From an uncultured bacterium (GTDB lineage: Bacteria; CSSED10-310; CAZUFC01): 38,564 bases of DNA. Each line of letters begins with the position of its first letter. Positions within the stretch are counted from its first letter, which is position 1. The translations under genes and the position numbers were made by a program. Of this stretch, positions 35,534 to 38,564 are shown one piece after another. The stretch spans positions 1 to 38,564 of the forward strand of contig CAZUFC010000084.1 of assembly GCA_964619725.1 (NCBI GenBank), in the 5' to 3' direction. The notes beneath the pieces were generated by a model. The model had not been told where the DNA came from, made no database searches, and saw only the letters and a program-made list of their open reading frames with translations.

Positions 35534-37759
35534 TCAGACTTTTACGGATTCGCGGTTGACTTTATAGACCAATTTCTTCATCAGATATGCGGCTTTTTCA
35601 TGTGAAATTTCGCCGGAGACTAATCTATACATGATCCTGGAGGATTCTTTTTTTCTTTTTCTGTCTTTGCCCAATTCGTTGATCCTGCCGAAAAAGGAAG
35701 TCATGAAATTTTGAAGAGCTTTTTGTTCTTTTCCGGTCGCTCTCTTTTCCGCCTGATGTTTTTGCAATTTTACGCGGGCAATGGCGTCCCTGATTTGCTG
35801 AATCATTTCAGGAGAATCATTTTCGGGTTCGTTTAAAGCTTTTTTTAAAGCAGCCAAAGCCAAGGGCGCGTCCAGAATGCCGTATTCTTCATATCGGCTC
35901 AGCTTCTCGACAGCGCTCCTGCGAATTTCTTCATCCTCTGCATTCAACTGTTTGGTGATATTTTTCACTTTTTCAAGGGAAATCCAGCGAAGGGCAAAAT
36001 CAAAACCGGTTTTTTTAATGTTCTGGAGTCCCATGATCCTGATATGGAACCCTGGAGGAGACTTTTCGACTATCTCTTTTACGACGGCATCTCCTGGAAT
36101 GGCGAAATCTGAAATAAAAATAAGCGTGTCTAAAAACAATGTTTTGAGCAGTTTCCTGTAGCCGGCGTTGAGTTGATCGAGTGATTTTTCAGGGACGGAA
36201 CCGGCGCTTTTCTGTGAAGCATCATTGTGTTGCAGTTTTTCATCTGCTTCATTTCGGAAACGGTTGATCAGAGAAAAAATTTTCAGATCGTGAGTTATCG
36301 TTTCATGGATTTTATCAGCATGTTCTGATGATCCGGGGATGCCGTGCAATGCGGACAGGAATTGCGATTTATTCAAAATTACAGAGTCCGGAGAGTCCAG
36401 GAACGCTAAAACCGCCGGAATTTCCGTTTCGGGGACTTTCAGGCCTTTCAGCATATTTTCAAGTTTTATTTTAACGGAATCGAGGCTTCTGCCATCGATT
36501 TTCATTTCTGCCGGCTTCTCTTCAAGCTTTTGGTGAATTTTTTGCCGGAGTTCCCTGTTTGAGAGTCCGGCGTAATCGGAATCGTCGAAGAGATTTTCCC
36601 GGCGTAATCTTTTTTTCAATTCAAGCTCGACATACCCCTTCATTCCATTCAGGTTCGTACCGATGAAAAAATGTTTATGGGCCGGAAAATCATTGACGAT
36701 AATTTCTGCGAAGTCTTTGGAGCGTTCGATTCGGTCATAACGATTGTTGATGACGGTTACGATCCATGTGCCGGGATTCTCGACGGGATCATGCCTGTCA
36801 ATGCCCACGGCCCGTCGATTCGCCAGACAACTGAGACGGTCGTTCGCCGCCATGCCGTTGATGAACTCAAGCCGGCGATCCGCGTATTCCACAAAATAAC
36901 TTTTCAATACTCCTATATCAGGAACGATTTTATCAGCTATTTCCTTCATGGCGAATGCTCTGTCCGCTTCCAGATAATCCAAGGTTTTAAGCGCCAGGGC
37001 AACATTATTGGAATTGACCCGGTAGGGAAACCTCGCCAGAACGTCGTCGGGGATTAAATCCGATTCCTTCCAATCGACATCGTAAAAGTCTGTGCCTTTA
37101 TGCCGGGAACTCTCTTCCAGAATAGGCCGCATAACGTTCTCGGCAGTGAACAGTTTTGAGCGGCGCGGGATGAACTCGGTCATGACGCGGGCTACATCGA
37201 TGCCGGCCGGGCCCTGTATGTTCTCGTGATCGGGATGAGTATTGGTCAATAAAGCTGCATCATCTTTACCCCAGTCATGCTGGATTATGTCGGCGAATTC
37301 CGGATTCAAAGCCATACATTCCCAAACCATAACCTCGCTGTTCAAATCTGCAGCCGTCTGAGTCATTCTATGCTGTTCCCAAATGGTCGCCCTGTCTCCC
37401 GGACGGTACAGCAGTATCTCCTCTAAATTCTGTCCGGGGCCTGCATGCAGCATGCACGTCTCGCTGCCCGTAGTCTTGGCGAAAACATCATATCCCAGCG
37501 CATTAAATAACGCCGCCTGCTTTCTCGTCGTTCCCGACTTGCCGCGGGTCCCCCATATCCCTGTTTTAAAACCTATTTTTTTCGACGCACGATTTACCCT
37601 GTATTGTCTCACGGCCATCTTGATTAAAAAATAACCCACCAGCAGCAATACAAAAACAGTCAGATGCCTTATGGTGTTTTCTGAAAAATCAAAAATGTAA
37701 TTGCGGATACTTTCCAATGCCTGAAGAAAATATTCATAAACACTTAAGTCGCCGTTCAT
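35534..37759 (-). CDS. Poly-gamma-glutamate synthase PgsB/CapB-like Mur-family ligase, enlarged
   Basis: N-terminal TM, GTRGKSG P-loop, AKTTG, IWEQ, WECMALNP, TN..PDH...QGP, FINGMAAND, INNRYDR..RS. Confidence 0.8.
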   Translation of the reverse strand: MNGDLSVYEYFLQALESIRNYIFDFSENTIRHLTVFVLLLVGYFLIKMAVRQYRVNRASKKIGFKTGIWGTRGKSGTTRKQAALFNALGYDVFAKTTGSETCMLHAGPGQNLEEILLYRPGDRATIWEQHRMTQTAADLNSEVMVWECMALNPEFADIIQHDWGKDDAALLTNTHPDHENIQGPAGIDVARVMTEFIPRRSKLFTAENVMRPILEESSRHKGTDFYDVDWKESDLIPDDVLARFPYRVNSNNVALALKTLDYLEADRAFAMKEIADKIVPDIGVLKSYFVEYADRRLEFINGMAANDRLSCLANRRAVGIDRHDPVENPGTWIVTVINNRYDRIERSKDFAEIIVNDFPAHKHFFIGTNLNGMKGYVELELKKRLRRENLFDDSDYAGLSNRELRQKIHQKLEEKPAEMKIDGRSLDSVKIKLENMLKGLKVPETEIPAVLAFLDSPDSVILNKSQFLSALHGIPGSSEHADKIHETITHDLKIFSLINRFRNEADEKLQHNDASQKSAGSVPEKSLDQLNAGYRKLLKTLFLDTLIFISDFAIPGDAVVKEIVEKSPPGFHIRIMGLQNIKKTGFDFALRWISLEKVKNITKQLNAEDEEIRRSAVEKLSRYEEYGILDAPLALAALKKALNEPENDSPEMIQQIRDAIARVKLQKHQAEKRATGKEQKALQNFMTSFFGRINELGKDRKRKKESSRIMYRLVSGEISHEKAAYLMKKLVYKVNRESVKV

Positions 37760-37894
37760 TGCCTGCTTTACCCAGTCGAAAAAAGAGAGGAAAATGTTGT
37801 TATCGATACCCGGAGCAAGCCGAGTTAATTATTGAAATATTTAATCCATGGGCAAATGTCAACGCCCTTTTCGGGTTTTATGCATTGATCGAGG

Positions 37895-38509
37895 TTACTG
37901 TTTATCCTGCTCCTTTTTCAACGCTTCAACCAAATGGCGCACTTTTGCGGTTTTTGTCGTTTCCGGACTGTTCTGGACATACTTTTCAAGATAATAAACC
38001 GCTTTTGCCGCATCCCCGGCGCTGTTAAGATAAATAACGCCCAGATTGTAGAGGGCCTGTGAATAATACCGGTCGATTTCCAGGACCTTCTCGTAATGCC
38101 CGATGGCTTCTCGCCATTCACCCTTATGATAAAAGGCATTCCCGAGATTATAGTATCCTTCCGGCTTCCCCGGATTCGCTTCGACTGCCGCCCTGGCCTC
38201 CCTTATCGCGTCATCAAAACGGCCTTTTTTAACATAATAAACGGAAAGATTGTTGTGAGCCGCATAAGAAGTCCTGTCATCATCAAGATGCCGCTCCATT
38301 TCATTGATCAAAGCATCGTATTTTCCGCCTTCTCGCGCCTCAATTTCGTCTATCCTTCTAACGATATTTCCGTCCAGCGGGTCAAGTTCCAGGGCTCTCT
38401 GCCAGGCCCGTTTCGCCTCTTCGTATTTTTCCTGTTCTTCCAGGACGACGGCCAGGTTCTTCCAGGAACGTATTTCATATTTATTGAATTCAACGGCTTT
38501 TTCATATTC
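37895..38509 (-). pseudogene. TPR-repeat protein, 5'-truncated
   Basis: TPR repeats continue in frame to 38509 (EYEKAVEFNKYEIRSWKNLAVVLEEQEKYEEAKRAWQRALELDP) and are preceded by in-frame TGA at 38510-38512 with no start codon. Confidence 0.7.
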
Positions 38510-38564
38510 TCAGAAATCGTTAAAATAGGGTCAAAATCAGCCCAAATTTTTGGACAATCCAATT

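Noticed and set aside
164-38562. Numerous short antisense or nested track ORFs (e.g. 3050..3544, 6712..7308, 24219..24707, 29065..29691)
   Set aside because: They are shadows of well-supported genes on the other strand or frame and have no motifs.

Overview
Bacterial chromosomal window with no rRNA, tRNA, CRISPR array or intact transposase that I can recognise. Left part (1-17.2 kb): nitroreductase, two exported AlkP-superfamily hydrolases (one sulfatase-like), an NrnA-type DHH phosphoesterase plus an RNB exoribonuclease, a lipoate-protein ligase, a 1079-aa fusion of a non-RD Ser/Thr kinase with a GT-C-like polytopic membrane domain behind a wzm/wzt polysaccharide ABC exporter, a divergent GT-C glycosyltransferase and hda. 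Middle (17.3-31.3 kb): a complete chemosensory cluster (cheY-sORF-cheX-cheA-cheW-short cheR-soluble PAS/HAMP MCP-cheR-cheD-cheY-cheX-cheB-MBL hydrolase) with a sigma54-type promoter. It is bracketed by an ungapped 58-bp direct repeat (51/58 identical). Its CheA has MshEN-like motifs where P2 normally sits, and its receptor has Cys-rich PAS domains. Right part: PHP/DUF3604-like metallohydrolase, BNR-repeat protein, a hypothetical exported protein, an orphan enlarged PgsB/CapB-like ligase, and a TPR gene truncated at its 5' end by apparently foreign sequence at the window edge. All calls come from motif reading only; no database searches were run.
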